Part shown: in pieces, positions 20,518-29,724 of the stretch
How positions within the stretch are numbered: the first letter of the stretch is position 1
Layout: each line of letters opens with the position of its first letter
Source of the DNA: Gammaproteobacteria bacterium
Lineage (GTDB): Bacteria > Pseudomonadota > Gammaproteobacteria > Eutrophobiales > Eutrophobiaceae
Length of the DNA stretch: 64,000 bases
Direction: 5' to 3'
Assembly (NCBI GenBank): GCA_965221695.1
Contig: OZ244905.1
Location: 1,856,001 to 1,920,000, forward strand
Notes under the pieces: generated by a model
The model's input: the letters and a program-made list of their open reading frames with translations, nothing else
Databases searched by the model: none
Told to the model about the DNA's origin: nothing
Made by a program: the position numbers and the translations under genes

Positions 20518-21282
20518 CTAGCGCGGCGGCATCCTGATCCCGCCATCGATACGGATGGTTGTCGCGTTAATGTAATCGTTTTCGATAATGAACAGCGCGA
20601 GGCGGGCAACTTCGTCGGGACTGCCCAGACGCTTCGGGTAAAGCACGGATTCTTCCAGGGACCGGCGTACCGGTTCGTCCAGTGCGTCAAATATCGGGGT
20701 ATGAATAAGCCCGGGGGCAATGGTATTCACCCGGATACCCAGGCCGGCCAAATCCCTGGCTACAGGAACCGTCATGCCGGTTATTCCACCTTTGCTGGCG
20801 CTGTAGGCTGCCTGGCCGACCTGCCCTTCAAACGCAGCGACGGACGCGGTGTTAACAATCACGCCCCGTCCCCCGTCTTCATCGACAGGTTCGTTTGCAG
20901 CCATTTGTTCGGCGGCGAGACGCAGAACGTTGAAGGTGCCGACCAGGTTGACCTGGATCACCTTGTTGTACAGTTCCAGCGAATGCGGGCCGCTTTTTCC
21001 GATGGTTTTCGCGGCCACAGCAATGCCGGCAAAATTGCAACAGATATGTATCGCCCCGAACTTTGCCACGGTAGCATCAATAGCGGCGCGCACTGCCTCC
21101 TCGTCTGCTACGTCCACATGCCGGTACAGGATTTGCTCGCTCCCGGTGAGAGCATCGTCCTGAATCGAATTCAAATCGAACACGGCAACCCTGGCGCCTG
21201 CGTCAACAAGCCGTTTTGCCGTCGCCAGACCAAGCCCCGACGCCCCGCCGGTCACCACTGCAATTTTGCCTGGAATATTCAT
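20518..21282 (-). CDS. SDR family 3-hydroxyacyl-CoA dehydrogenase (type II, HSD17B10-like)
   Basis: TGGASGLG, NTASVAAFEGQVGQAAYSASKGG, IRIDGGIRMPP; GGAG RBS before ATG 21282. Confidence 0.92.
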   Translation of the reverse strand: MNIPGKIAVVTGGASGLGLATAKRLVDAGARVAVFDLNSIQDDALTGSEQILYRHVDVADEEAVRAAIDATVAKFGAIHICCNFAGIAVAAKTIGKSGPHSLELYNKVIQVNLVGTFNVLRLAAEQMAANEPVDEDGGRGVIVNTASVAAFEGQVGQAAYSASKGGITGMTVPVARDLAGLGIRVNTIAPGLIHTPIFDALDEPVRRSLEESVLYPKRLGSPDEVARLALFIIENDYINATTIRIDGGIRMPPR

Positions 21283-21381
21283 CGAGCGCTCCTGCAACAA
21301 AGCGGATTTAGCGCGCCAAGCTTGGCGTCTCCTGTTTTTTTCATGGCGTCAAACTTCTCCTAGATGATGATATTGCGTTGG

Positions 21382-21657
21382 CTATATTGTCTGATCAGTA
21401 TAGTGACCGCCAATTGAAAAAATATAGATATAATCATCATCGAACTTGTAGATGATTCTGTCCTTTTGAGAGATCCGCCGTGACCAGTACCCGGAAAGAG
21501 CATGCTTCAGCCGTTCGGGTTTTCCAGAGCCTTCCTCTGGGTTGTCTCTTAATAACTCTTTGATTATCCGACAGAGTGTCTTGTGTAATTTCCTGTCCCT
21601 GTTCCGTATTTGCTCATAAACGATCCAGGTGTTCCCTTCAAAAATTAATGATCTCAT
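21382..21657 (-). CDS. yoeB: Txe/YoeB family toxin
   Basis: GSGKPERLKH, GYWSRRISQKDRIIY, GHY; overlaps the upstream antitoxin. Confidence 0.92.
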   Translation of the reverse strand: MRSLIFEGNTWIVYEQIRNRDRKLHKTLCRIIKELLRDNPEEGSGKPERLKHALSGYWSRRISQKDRIIYKFDDDYIYIFSIGGHYTDQTI

Positions 21658-21910
21658 TTAACTCCTTGTTCGTCGGTTTATATCCTGACCGCGTTTTATG
21701 CGTTTGCAATGATTCTGCCATCTGTTTCATCAACTCGGAATTCTGCAACACATAAAGCGTTTCCTGTTCCCGCTCCCAATCTTCGGCGCTGATTACAACA
21801 AAATCGTCGCCTTTGCGTCTTGTTACTTTCAAGGGGTCATGGCGCGAGATCACCCGTTCGACGAAGTGGCGCAGATTATCTCTGAACTGATTGACGCTGA
21901 TGCTTTCCAT
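21638..21910 (-). CDS. yefM: Phd/YefM family antitoxin
   Basis: SVNQFRDNL, VTRRKG, VVISAEDWEREQETLYVL; directly upstream of YoeB. Start placed at ATG 21910. Confidence 0.9.
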   Translation of the reverse strand: MESISVNQFRDNLRHFVERVISRHDPLKVTRRKGDDFVVISAEDWEREQETLYVLQNSELMKQMAESLQTHKTRSGYKPTNKELNEIINF

Positions 21911-21922
21911 TTGTCTGAATAA

Positions 21923-21941
21923 TGTACGGAGTTTCCGTACA
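21923..21941. promoter_or_regulatory. candidate YefM-YoeB autoregulatory operator
   Basis: Perfect inverted repeat TGTACGGA-N3-TCCGTACA, 12 bp upstream of the antitoxin start. Confidence 0.65.
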
Positions 21942-22083
21942 ACTATAAACAAGTCAGTGATAATATACAACACTTACACTACAACATGTTTGCCGGTAGT
22001 TTACAGCAGTCCGCACTGGCATACACAACGGGTTTCCTGTTTCTGTAGTAAACTATAAGCTGACGTATTGAGGAGAATACGAT

Positions 22084-22887
22084 ATGGCTTCGACCGCACA
22101 AGCGCTGGCTGATGAGCCGATCCTGCTGACCGGGATCACCCCTCCCGTCGCCACCCTGACCCTGAACCGGCCGCGCCAGTATAATGCCTTGTCCGATACG
22201 ATGCTGATCGCGCTGCAAGAGGCGCTGGATAAGATCGCCACAGATGAAACCGTGCGTGTGGTGATCATCGCGGCAAACGGAAAGGCATTTTGCGCAGGGC
22301 ATGACCTCAAGGAAATGCGTTCCAGCGAGGACCGGGCATTTCACCAGGCGCTATTCGACCGCTGCGGCACGATGATGCAGACCATCCACCACCTGCCGCA
22401 GCCTGTCATCGCCAGTGTACAAGGCATTGCCACCGCCGCCGGCTGCCAGCTTGTTGCGCAATGCGACCTGGCTATAGCCGCAGACACGGCCCGCTTTGCC
22501 GTATCCGGCATCAATGTGGGGTTGTTCTGTTCCACACCGGCAGTGCCTTTGAGCCGCAACATGCATCGCAAGCAGGCTATGCAGATGTTGCTGACCGGCG
22601 ATTTCATTGATGCGCAGACCGCAAGACAGTTCGGCCTGGTGAATGACGTCGTGCCCCCGGAAGAACTGGATGCCGTAGTGAAGTCCCTGGCGCAGAAAAT
22701 TGCCGGCAAATCGCCCTTGGCCATCAACCTGGGTAAGAAGATGTTTTACCAACAGGCAAGGATGGATATCAGCGCAGCCTACGATTTTGCCGGTGAGCGC
22801 ATGACCTGCAATATGGACAGCGAAGACGCCCGGGAGGGAATAGACGCGTTTATCGAAAAACGCAAGCCGGTTTGGCAAGGCAGGTGA
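22084..22887 (+). CDS. enoyl-CoA hydratase/isomerase (crotonase) family protein
   Basis: LTLNRP, AFCAGHDLKE, ATAAGCQLVA, GLFCSTP, EGIDAFIEKRKP; AGGAG RBS. Confidence 0.93.
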   Translation: MASTAQALADEPILLTGITPPVATLTLNRPRQYNALSDTMLIALQEALDKIATDETVRVVIIAANGKAFCAGHDLKEMRSSEDRAFHQALFDRCGTMMQTIHHLPQPVIASVQGIATAAGCQLVAQCDLAIAADTARFAVSGINVGLFCSTPAVPLSRNMHRKQAMQMLLTGDFIDAQTARQFGLVNDVVPPEELDAVVKSLAQKIAGKSPLAINLGKKMFYQQARMDISAAYDFAGERMTCNMDSEDAREGIDAFIEKRKPVWQGR

Positions 22888-22969
22888 TTTGCGCTTAGCT
22901 GGTTCACTGCAATTGGACTGACGCCATCCAGCTTGCAAGCGGAGAAATCCGAGACCAGCAGAGGTTCCA

Positions 22970-24013
22970 ATTTACGCAACCAATACATCGAGTTACGGCA
23001 GCACCGTAGTCAGCATTTTCCAGGCCATTGAATCCTATGGTGTGGATGGGCACGCGGTGCTGAGTGATGCCGGCCTGGACCTGAGCCAGGTGAGCCAGCC
23101 CTTGTACCGGGTTCCCGGCGAAACGCTTGCCCGGCTGGTAGCGACCGCCGAAGCAGTTACCGGCGACCCCTGTTTCTGTTTCAGGGTCGCCAGTTATATT
23201 CATCCGACCACATACGGCGCGCTGGGCTTTGCTCTGTATTCGAGCAATAATGTGCGCGCCTTTTGCCACCGGTTGTCCCGGTTTCATTCGTTCATCACCA
23301 CGAATCACGATTGCATTTTCGATGAGACGGACAAGCAGTCAAAGCTGCTGATCAAGCCGGCTGATACTGGGATAGAGCAACATGTGTACCGCTCCCTTGT
23401 GTCCGGCTACATGGCGGTAATGGTCAGGTTCCTGCGAGAGGTCAGCAGCCCGGACTTTCACCCTGTCAGGGTGGACATTGCCTGTGATGCGCCGCCAGGT
23501 TGTGAACAGGTTTACCGGGATTACTTCCGATCAAACGTGGTATTTTCAACCGGGGAATATGCGCTGTTGTTCAACCCGGACGAGATCGACAAGCCGTTTC
23601 CTGCGGCAAACGTAGAGCTGGCGCAACTAAATGACCAGATCATGATGAAAATGCTGGCTGACACCGTGAAGGGTGACCTGGTGATGCAGGTCAGAGCCAA
23701 GCTGGTGGAATTACTGCCTTCGGGAGAGTGCGGAAAAGAGGACGTCGCCAGGGAGTTGTACATGAGCGTGCGCACATTGCATAATAAACTGGAGCGGTTG
23801 GGTTCCAGTTATCAACATGTTCTGGATGACACCCGACGGGAACTGGCAGAGCAATACATGCAACAGCAACAGCGTTCCATCAGTGAAGTGGCTTATTTGC
23901 TGGGATTTTCCGATTGCAGCAATTTTTCCCGTGCGTTCAAACGCTGGACCGGCCAGTCACCAAGCCAGTTCCGATCCGGAAAAATTGCGGATTCATTCGG
24001 TCAGGAAACCTGA
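22970..24013 (+). CDS. AraC family transcriptional regulator (OruR/ArgR-like N-terminal domain); start uncertain
   Basis: C-terminal double HTH (MSVRTL...SISEVAYLLGFSDCSNFSRAFKRWTG). The frame is open upstream of GTG 23042 with family-like sequence; the RBS-preceded candidate start is ATT 22970. Confidence 0.85.
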   Translation: MYATNTSSYGSTVVSIFQAIESYGVDGHAVLSDAGLDLSQVSQPLYRVPGETLARLVATAEAVTGDPCFCFRVASYIHPTTYGALGFALYSSNNVRAFCHRLSRFHSFITTNHDCIFDETDKQSKLLIKPADTGIEQHVYRSLVSGYMAVMVRFLREVSSPDFHPVRVDIACDAPPGCEQVYRDYFRSNVVFSTGEYALLFNPDEIDKPFPAANVELAQLNDQIMMKMLADTVKGDLVMQVRAKLVELLPSGECGKEDVARELYMSVRTLHNKLERLGSSYQHVLDDTRRELAEQYMQQQQRSISEVAYLLGFSDCSNFSRAFKRWTGQSPSQFRSGKIADSFGQET

Positions 24014-24045
24014 TTAAGTTGAAAGAGCGCTAGGAGGATAGACAA

Positions 24046-25410
24046 TTGCCTGTTTCGAAATATTCACTCAACCTGGTCCGACTTGCGGCAATAGTCCTGT
24101 TGCTTTCTACAAATCAACTCCACGCCGACGAACCTACCGCACAGATTTACATTACCAATGTTCACATTTTTGACGGACATAATGAAGCGCTGCACAGGAA
24201 CAGGCATGTCCTTGTTGAAGGAAACCTGATCAAAGACATCTCGGCCGAGACCATCAATGACCTGGCATCCGATGCGATTGTCATCGACGGCGGAGGCCGA
24301 ATTATGGTCCCCGGGCTGATTGACACACATTCCCATCTGTCTATCGTAGGTAGTCCGGGTGAAATGCGCGATTGGAGCTGGGAGCGGATTGGGGTGTTGA
24401 TGGGGAAACGGGCTGAGACGACGTTAATGTGGGGCTTTACTACCGTGCGCGACCTGGGCGGTCCGGTCATGGGCCTGAAGCAGAATATCGATGCCGGCCT
24501 GGTACCCGGCCCGCGTATCTTCCCCTCACTCGCGTTCATCACCCAGACCGGCGGCCACGGTGATTTTCGCGCCTGGACCGACCCGCACCCGCGCTGGTTT
24601 GATGAAACCGCAAACTGGGAACGACTAGGGTATTACCGCCTTGCCGACGGCGTCCCCGATGTGCTGGCTTCGGTCCGGGAGAACCTGTCCCGCGGGGCGA
24701 CCCAGATCAAGCTCATGGGCAGTGGCGGCGTCGGTTCCGAGTATGACCCGATAGACTCTGTCCAATACACCCTGGAAGAGCAACAGGCCGCGGTCCGGGC
24801 AGCGCAAGACTGGGATACATACGTGGGCGCGCACCTGCATAACGGTCCCGCAATCCTACGCGCGTTACAGGCAGGATTGAAGAGTATCGATCATGGTTTC
24901 GGCATTGATGAGGAAGGCATGAAACTGCTGGTCTCCAAGGGCGCGTTTCTGAATACGCATTTTGCCTGGAACCACCTGGTGTTGCAGGCTGACTTTCTCA
25001 ACGAATATCAACTGGCCAAGGCGCGGGAAGTCATTTCCTGGTCTGACAATATGGTCAGACTGGCAAAAAAACACAAGCCCAAGCTCACCTATTGTGTCGA
25101 TGCCTTCGGGGACGATGAACTGTTCAACGCCCTGTACGCGATGGAATTCAAGGCCAGGGCTGAGCATTTCAGCCCGCTGGAGATTCTCAGACAGGCCACT
25201 TCCGGCGCCGCGGAATTGCTGGAACTGAGCGGCCGGCGCAACCCTTACCTTCAGGGCAAACTGGGCGTGATCGAGGAAGGCGCTTACGCAGACCTGCTGC
25301 TGGTGGACGGCAACCCACTCACGGATATCACCCTGTTGTCCGAACCCGAGAAGCATCTCCGATTAATCATCAAGAATGGGAATATCCATAAAAATACCTT
25401 GCCTGATTAA
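24046..25410 (+). CDS. exported amidohydrolase family protein (Xaa-Pro dipeptidase/carboxypeptidase-like)
   Basis: AGGAGG plus TTG start, signal peptide, PGLIDTHSH, GFTTVRDLGG, IKLMGSGG, ADLLLVDGNP. Confidence 0.88.
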   Translation: MPVSKYSLNLVRLAAIVLLLSTNQLHADEPTAQIYITNVHIFDGHNEALHRNRHVLVEGNLIKDISAETINDLASDAIVIDGGGRIMVPGLIDTHSHLSIVGSPGEMRDWSWERIGVLMGKRAETTLMWGFTTVRDLGGPVMGLKQNIDAGLVPGPRIFPSLAFITQTGGHGDFRAWTDPHPRWFDETANWERLGYYRLADGVPDVLASVRENLSRGATQIKLMGSGGVGSEYDPIDSVQYTLEEQQAAVRAAQDWDTYVGAHLHNGPAILRALQAGLKSIDHGFGIDEEGMKLLVSKGAFLNTHFAWNHLVLQADFLNEYQLAKAREVISWSDNMVRLAKKHKPKLTYCVDAFGDDELFNALYAMEFKARAEHFSPLEILRQATSGAAELLELSGRRNPYLQGKLGVIEEGAYADLLLVDGNPLTDITLLSEPEKHLRLIIKNGNIHKNTLPD

Positions 25411-25715
25411 GCAGCTCTGGCTTTATCAATACGCGCGCGCCGCTTAGGGTCATTCAACGCTTTCCAAAGATCATTGCGTTGTTGCAGGTTCAGCCAGAAG
25501 CTCGCGCTATTGCCAAAAACAGCGCCGAGCATCAAGGCTGTATCAACGGTTACAGCACGACGATTGGTACATAGTTCATTGACCGTTTTGCGGCTAACTC
25601 CCATCGCCTCAGCCAACCTTCCTTGAGTGAGTTGCAGAGGTGTCAAAAACTCTTCAGTAATCATTTCGCCTACACTTACAGGTTGTCGTTTTGTGACATT
25701 CATGATCTGTCTCAT
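25407..25715 (-). CDS. higA: HigA family antitoxin (XRE HTH)
   Basis: VGEMITEEFL, LAEAMGVSRKTVNEL, FWLNLQ; downstream of HigB (start 25715 or 25703). Confidence 0.92.
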   Translation of the reverse strand: MRQIMNVTKRQPVSVGEMITEEFLTPLQLTQGRLAEAMGVSRKTVNELCTNRRAVTVDTALMLGAVFGNSASFWLNLQQRNDLWKALNDPKRRARIDKARAA

Positions 25716-26008
25716 CGAGAATCGTGATTATCCAGGTAAATATTACGCGCTTCGCCCTGTTGCTCCGACCATATGAATATCAGCCGCCATTTTTTGTTGA
25801 TGCGAACTGAATGTTTTCCAGCCAAATTACCTTGAAGCTTTTCAAAATGATTGCTTGGAGGAGAACGCAAATCCTGGTCACATGTTGCATCATCAATCAA
25901 TTGCAGTTTTCGGAAGAGACGGTCCTCAAGCTGCGCGGGTATTTTCTTGCTGATCCTATCCGCAAGATAAAACTCACGAAGCCACCTGTCCCGAAAACTG
26001 TGAATCAA
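25712..26008 (-). CDS. higB: HigB (RelE/ParE family) toxin
   Basis: IHSFRD, DLRSPPSNHFEKLQG, HSVRINKKWRLIF; GGGAG RBS plus TTG start; toxin-first gene order. Confidence 0.92.
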   Translation of the reverse strand: MIHSFRDRWLREFYLADRISKKIPAQLEDRLFRKLQLIDDATCDQDLRSPPSNHFEKLQGNLAGKHSVRINKKWRLIFIWSEQQGEARNIYLDNHDSR

Positions 26009-26035
26009 AACTGTTCTCCCTTATCTGGGTATATT

Positions 26036-26052
26036 GTAACGTACATGGTTAC
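26036..26052. promoter_or_regulatory. candidate HigA operator
   Basis: GTAAC-N7-GTTAC inverted repeat upstream of higB. Confidence 0.45.
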
Positions 26053-26133
26053 TTCCAGCAAGTAAAAAATCCTGTATTTTGTATCATAATTACAGGTCAC
26101 TTTAAGATTGACCTGTAAAATTTACACAGTAAA

Positions 26134-26356
26134 GGAAACTCTGATTAAGTCAGAGGTTCCTGCGATACAGGGATGTATCGCCACAAATCCGCCTGGAGCG
26201 GATTTGGACATCCGAAGGATGCCCGAGGGGTGTGCGCCATGGACGGTGCACATCAAACTCGATGACGATAAGTCATTGAATTTGGGAGCAAAACAAAAAT
26301 CGCATTTTTGTTTTGCGTGCTCTGACAAGTCCAGGATGGACTTGTTCAGAGCTTCC
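26134..26356. mobile_element. MITE-like non-autonomous element with IS5-like termini (longest copy, 223 bp)
   Basis: Terminal inverted repeats GGAAACTCTGATTAAGTC ... GACTTGTTCAGAGCTTCC (15/18 match), TAAA on both flanks (26130-26133, 26357-26360), interior made of hairpins, related copies elsewhere in the window. Confidence 0.75.
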
Positions 26357-26394
26357 TAAATATCATTCAACAGCTTTCTGTGTAAAATAATCAC

Positions 26395-27666
26395 ATGCCT
26401 GTACTATACAAACACTGGCCTAAGCGGTTTAACCTGGTAGGGCTTTGTTTTCTGGCGCTCGTTATCGCCTATACCGACCGGGTTAATATTTCCGTTGCGG
26501 CAATCCAGATGCAGGATGACCTGGGCTGGTCCGATGCGACCAAGGGGCTGGTGTTGTCGTCGTTTTTTATCGGTTATTTCTTCTTCCAGGTTCTTGGCGG
26601 TTGGCTGGCAAACCGCTACGGCGGAAAAATCGTACTGGGTATCGCGGTCATCCTGTGGTCCGGTTTCACCCTGTTGACGCCGCTGGCCGCCTTCACCGGC
26701 TCCCTGGTACTGTTGCTGGGCGCCAGAATCCTCCTGGGTGTCGGCGAAGCCTCGGTCGCGCCGGCGGTATTGAACCTATTCAGTCGCTGGGTACCACCCG
26801 ATGAAAGAGCCCGGGCAGTTGCTTTTTTTTCCAGTGGAGCAATCGTCGGTACTCTATTTACCCTTATGATCACCGGCTGGATTATCGTTGAGTTCGGCTG
26901 GCCGATGGCGTTCTACAGCTTTGCGGTACTGGGATTCATCTGGGCGATGTTCTGGTTCCGATACGTCAGTAACAGCCCGGGTGAGCATCCGGATATTACG
27001 GAAACAGAACTCAGGCTACTTGCCGAGGTCAGGCAGGATGACTCACGGAACAAGAACATTCCCTGGCGTGTCATCTTTTCCCACCGGGCGGCCTGGGCGC
27101 TGATCATTGCCAATTTCTGCACCAACTGGGGTTTGTATGTCGCCCTGGCCTGGTTACCCAGTTTTTTCTACGATACCCAGGGAATTTCCATAATAGGCTC
27201 AGGCTTGTATTCCATGGCGCCCTGGCTGTCCATGTTTTTCGCGATGAATATCGCCGGGTGGATTGCAGACCGGGCGCTTGCAAACGGGATGGACGCGACC
27301 CGGTTGCGCAAGATTGCCCAGACCATCGGACTGGTGGGGTCAGCCTTGTTCCTGGTTGCCGCAGGCGCCGCCGCCACACCCCTGATTGCGGTGTTGACCA
27401 TGTGCGGCGCGCTGGCCTGCCTGGGGGTGTGTTATTCAGGTTTTGCCCCGGCCGTGTTGGAAATGGCGCCCCGACACAGCGATATTTTGTGGAGTATCAG
27501 CAATACCTTCGGGACCATACCCGGTATCATCGGCGTGGCAGTGACCGGCTGGCTGGTAGGCGCCACCGGAACCTACCTTGCCGCATTTGCCCTGGCCGCC
27601 GCGGTGCACCTGGTCGGCGCCATAGCCTGGCTGTTATTTGGAACGGCAAAGGAAGTCATCGGGTAG
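26395..27666 (+). CDS. MFS transporter, anion:cation symporter (ACS/SLC17-like) family
   Basis: YTDRVNISVA, GLVLSSFFIGY, GGWLANRYGGK, RWVPPDERARA, SNTFGTIPG; about 12 TM helices. Confidence 0.9.
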   Translation: MPVLYKHWPKRFNLVGLCFLALVIAYTDRVNISVAAIQMQDDLGWSDATKGLVLSSFFIGYFFFQVLGGWLANRYGGKIVLGIAVILWSGFTLLTPLAAFTGSLVLLLGARILLGVGEASVAPAVLNLFSRWVPPDERARAVAFFSSGAIVGTLFTLMITGWIIVEFGWPMAFYSFAVLGFIWAMFWFRYVSNSPGEHPDITETELRLLAEVRQDDSRNKNIPWRVIFSHRAAWALIIANFCTNWGLYVALAWLPSFFYDTQGISIIGSGLYSMAPWLSMFFAMNIAGWIADRALANGMDATRLRKIAQTIGLVGSALFLVAAGAAATPLIAVLTMCGALACLGVCYSGFAPAVLEMAPRHSDILWSISNTFGTIPGIIGVAVTGWLVGATGTYLAAFALAAAVHLVGAIAWLLFGTAKEVIG

Positions 27667-27671
27667 CAATC

Positions 27672-29405
27672 ATGATGCAGGGTCGAACCATGAGACGTGG
27701 TGATGGGCGCGTGATGGTTTTTACTCTGTTCATGTTGCTCGCAGCATCGGGGAAGGCGTCGCCGGCAGTGACCCAGGTTGAGCAAAAGACAACGGTCTTC
27801 TTGGATGGCAACATACTGACCATGGTTGATGCGGCGCCGGTTGCCGAAGCCCTGGCGGTGCGGGACGGCAGGATACTGGCAGTAGGCACTCGTTCCGAAG
27901 TCGAAATCATCGCAGGCGCCGATGTTGAAATCAGACGCCTGGCCGGCAAAACCCTGTTGCCGGGATTTATCGACAGCCACGGCCATATCAGCGCAGTGAT
28001 GTCATTCATGGCATTCGTCAACATCGCCTCCCCGCCGGTAGGGGAAGTCGGAAACATCGCCGACATACAGCGCCTGCTGGCAGAACGGGCCGCAGGAACG
28101 CCAAAAGGCGAGTGGATCATGGCGGCTGGTTACGATGATTCGTTGCTGGCGGAACAGCGCCATCCAAACCGTGTCGACCTGGACCGGATTTCCACGGAAC
28201 ACCCCATCGTGGCCTGGCATGTCTCCGGGCACCTGATGGCATGTAACTCCATGTGCCTGAAACTGGCCGGCATCTCGGCAGAGACAGAAAATCCGCAGGG
28301 AGGCGTTATCCGGCGCCTGCAAGACAGCAATGAGCCTAACGGCGTACTGGAAGAAAGCCTGGTCTACCGGATCTATTTCGACTTGCTGCCGGTGCATGAT
28401 GTGGCAAAACGCCTGGAATTACTGGAGCGGGCGCAAGACTACTATGCCGGTTTCGGCATTACCACCTTGCAAGAGGGCGCAGCCTCTCCGGTGGATCTGC
28501 AGACCTTGCAGCAAGCTTCCGGGCAGGATCTGTTGAAGCTGGATGTAGTCGCTTATCCGTGGTACCTGCATGCTGCCGTGCTGGATGAACAGTTCCCCTA
28601 CTCGCAAAATTATTCGGGCCGATTTCGCGTCGGCGGCGTGAAACTGGGCCTGGACGGTTCCCCGCAGGGAAAAACGGCATGGCTTACCGAACCGTACCAT
28701 GTGCCGCCGGAGGGACGAACAGCGGATTACCGGGGTTATCCGATACTGAGTGATGAAGCAGTCAATGGCTACGTCAAGGACTTTTTCGGCAAGAGCGTGC
28801 CGGTGATAGCCCATGCCAATGGCGATGCGGCGGCGGACCAGTTAATTGCAGCGGTACGAAAAGCCAACGGGTTTCATGGAAAAGCGGACCATCGTACCGT
28901 CATGATTCATGCGCAGACCGCACGCGACGATCAAATCGATCAAATGAAAACGGAGGGCATCATGCCTTCTTACTTCGCCGCGCATACCTTTTTCTGGGGC
29001 GATTGGCATCGGGATTCGGTATTAGGGCCTGTGCGTGGCGCGCGCATCAGCCCTCTGGCCTCCACTCTTGCCCGGGGCGTGCCCTATAGCATACACAACG
29101 ATGCGCCGGTTGTGCCGCCGGATATGATGCGGCTCACCTGGTGCGCAGTGAACCGCCTGACCCGCAGCGGCCAAACCCTGGGCGACGCACAGAAAATATC
29201 AGTAGCCGATGCCTTGAAAGCGATCACCATTAACGGCGCGTACCAGTATTTTGAAGAACACAACAAGGGCAGCCTGGAGGCCGGGAAACTGGCCGACCTG
29301 GTCATCCTGTCGGACAATCCGCTGAAGGTCGATCCATTGACGATCAAGGATATTCAAGTAATGGAAACGATAAAAGAGGGCAAGACGGTTTACTTGAGCA
29401 AGTAG
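27672..29405 (+). CDS. exported amidohydrolase (Amidohydro_3/YtcJ-like)
   Basis: Signal-peptide-like N-terminus, PGFIDSHGH, KLGLDGSPQGKTA, HANGD, IHAQ, HNDAP, GKLADLVIL. Start moved to ATG 27672. Confidence 0.88.
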   Translation: MMQGRTMRRGDGRVMVFTLFMLLAASGKASPAVTQVEQKTTVFLDGNILTMVDAAPVAEALAVRDGRILAVGTRSEVEIIAGADVEIRRLAGKTLLPGFIDSHGHISAVMSFMAFVNIASPPVGEVGNIADIQRLLAERAAGTPKGEWIMAAGYDDSLLAEQRHPNRVDLDRISTEHPIVAWHVSGHLMACNSMCLKLAGISAETENPQGGVIRRLQDSNEPNGVLEESLVYRIYFDLLPVHDVAKRLELLERAQDYYAGFGITTLQEGAASPVDLQTLQQASGQDLLKLDVVAYPWYLHAAVLDEQFPYSQNYSGRFRVGGVKLGLDGSPQGKTAWLTEPYHVPPEGRTADYRGYPILSDEAVNGYVKDFFGKSVPVIAHANGDAAADQLIAAVRKANGFHGKADHRTVMIHAQTARDDQIDQMKTEGIMPSYFAAHTFFWGDWHRDSVLGPVRGARISPLASTLARGVPYSIHNDAPVVPPDMMRLTWCAVNRLTRSGQTLGDAQKISVADALKAITINGAYQYFEEHNKGSLEAGKLADLVILSDNPLKVDPLTIKDIQVMETIKEGKTVYLSK

Positions 29406-29462
29406 TCCGGATTGAATGATAAGGTATGAATATAAACAAAAATGATATATTTTCCATAGCAT

Positions 29463-29702
29463 ATGAAAGCTGAAACAATTGATAAAACATTTGATAACAA
29501 TAAAGCCGATATTACTGAAAATTTGGATTTATCGACTATCAAACGACCGAATCAAACACTGAAACGGGTTAACGTTGATTTCCCCGCATGGATGATCGAT
29601 TCGCTTGACATGGAAGCCTCCCGTATCGGCGTAACGCGCCAGTCGATCATAAAAATCTGGCTGGCCGAACGTTTGCAACAGGCGGGCAGCAATTCCTGCT
29701 GA
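29463..29702 (+). CDS. BrnA/CopG-like ribbon-helix-helix antitoxin (orphan)
   Basis: KRVNVDFPAWMIDSLD...GVTRQSIIKIWLAERL; AT-rich; no toxin gene upstream. Confidence 0.8.
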   Translation: MKAETIDKTFDNNKADITENLDLSTIKRPNQTLKRVNVDFPAWMIDSLDMEASRIGVTRQSIIKIWLAERLQQAGSNSC

Positions 29703-29724
29703 CTTGCTCTATGATATCGCGTTA

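Noticed and set aside
20496-20720. N-terminal extension of the EamA transporter
   Set aside because: Overlaps the upstream SDR gene; not a real fusion.
20413-21363. 316-aa plus-strand ORF
   Set aside because: Antisense shadow of the SDR gene, with no family motifs.
26108-26359. 83-aa and 68-aa ORFs in the higB-MFS intergenic region
   Set aside because: They coincide with the palindromic MITE-like element and show no protein motifs or RBS.
27258-27671. N-terminal extension making the amidohydrolase 715 aa
   Set aside because: Overlaps the MFS gene in another frame and is low-complexity; the signal-peptide-like sequence starts after 27672.
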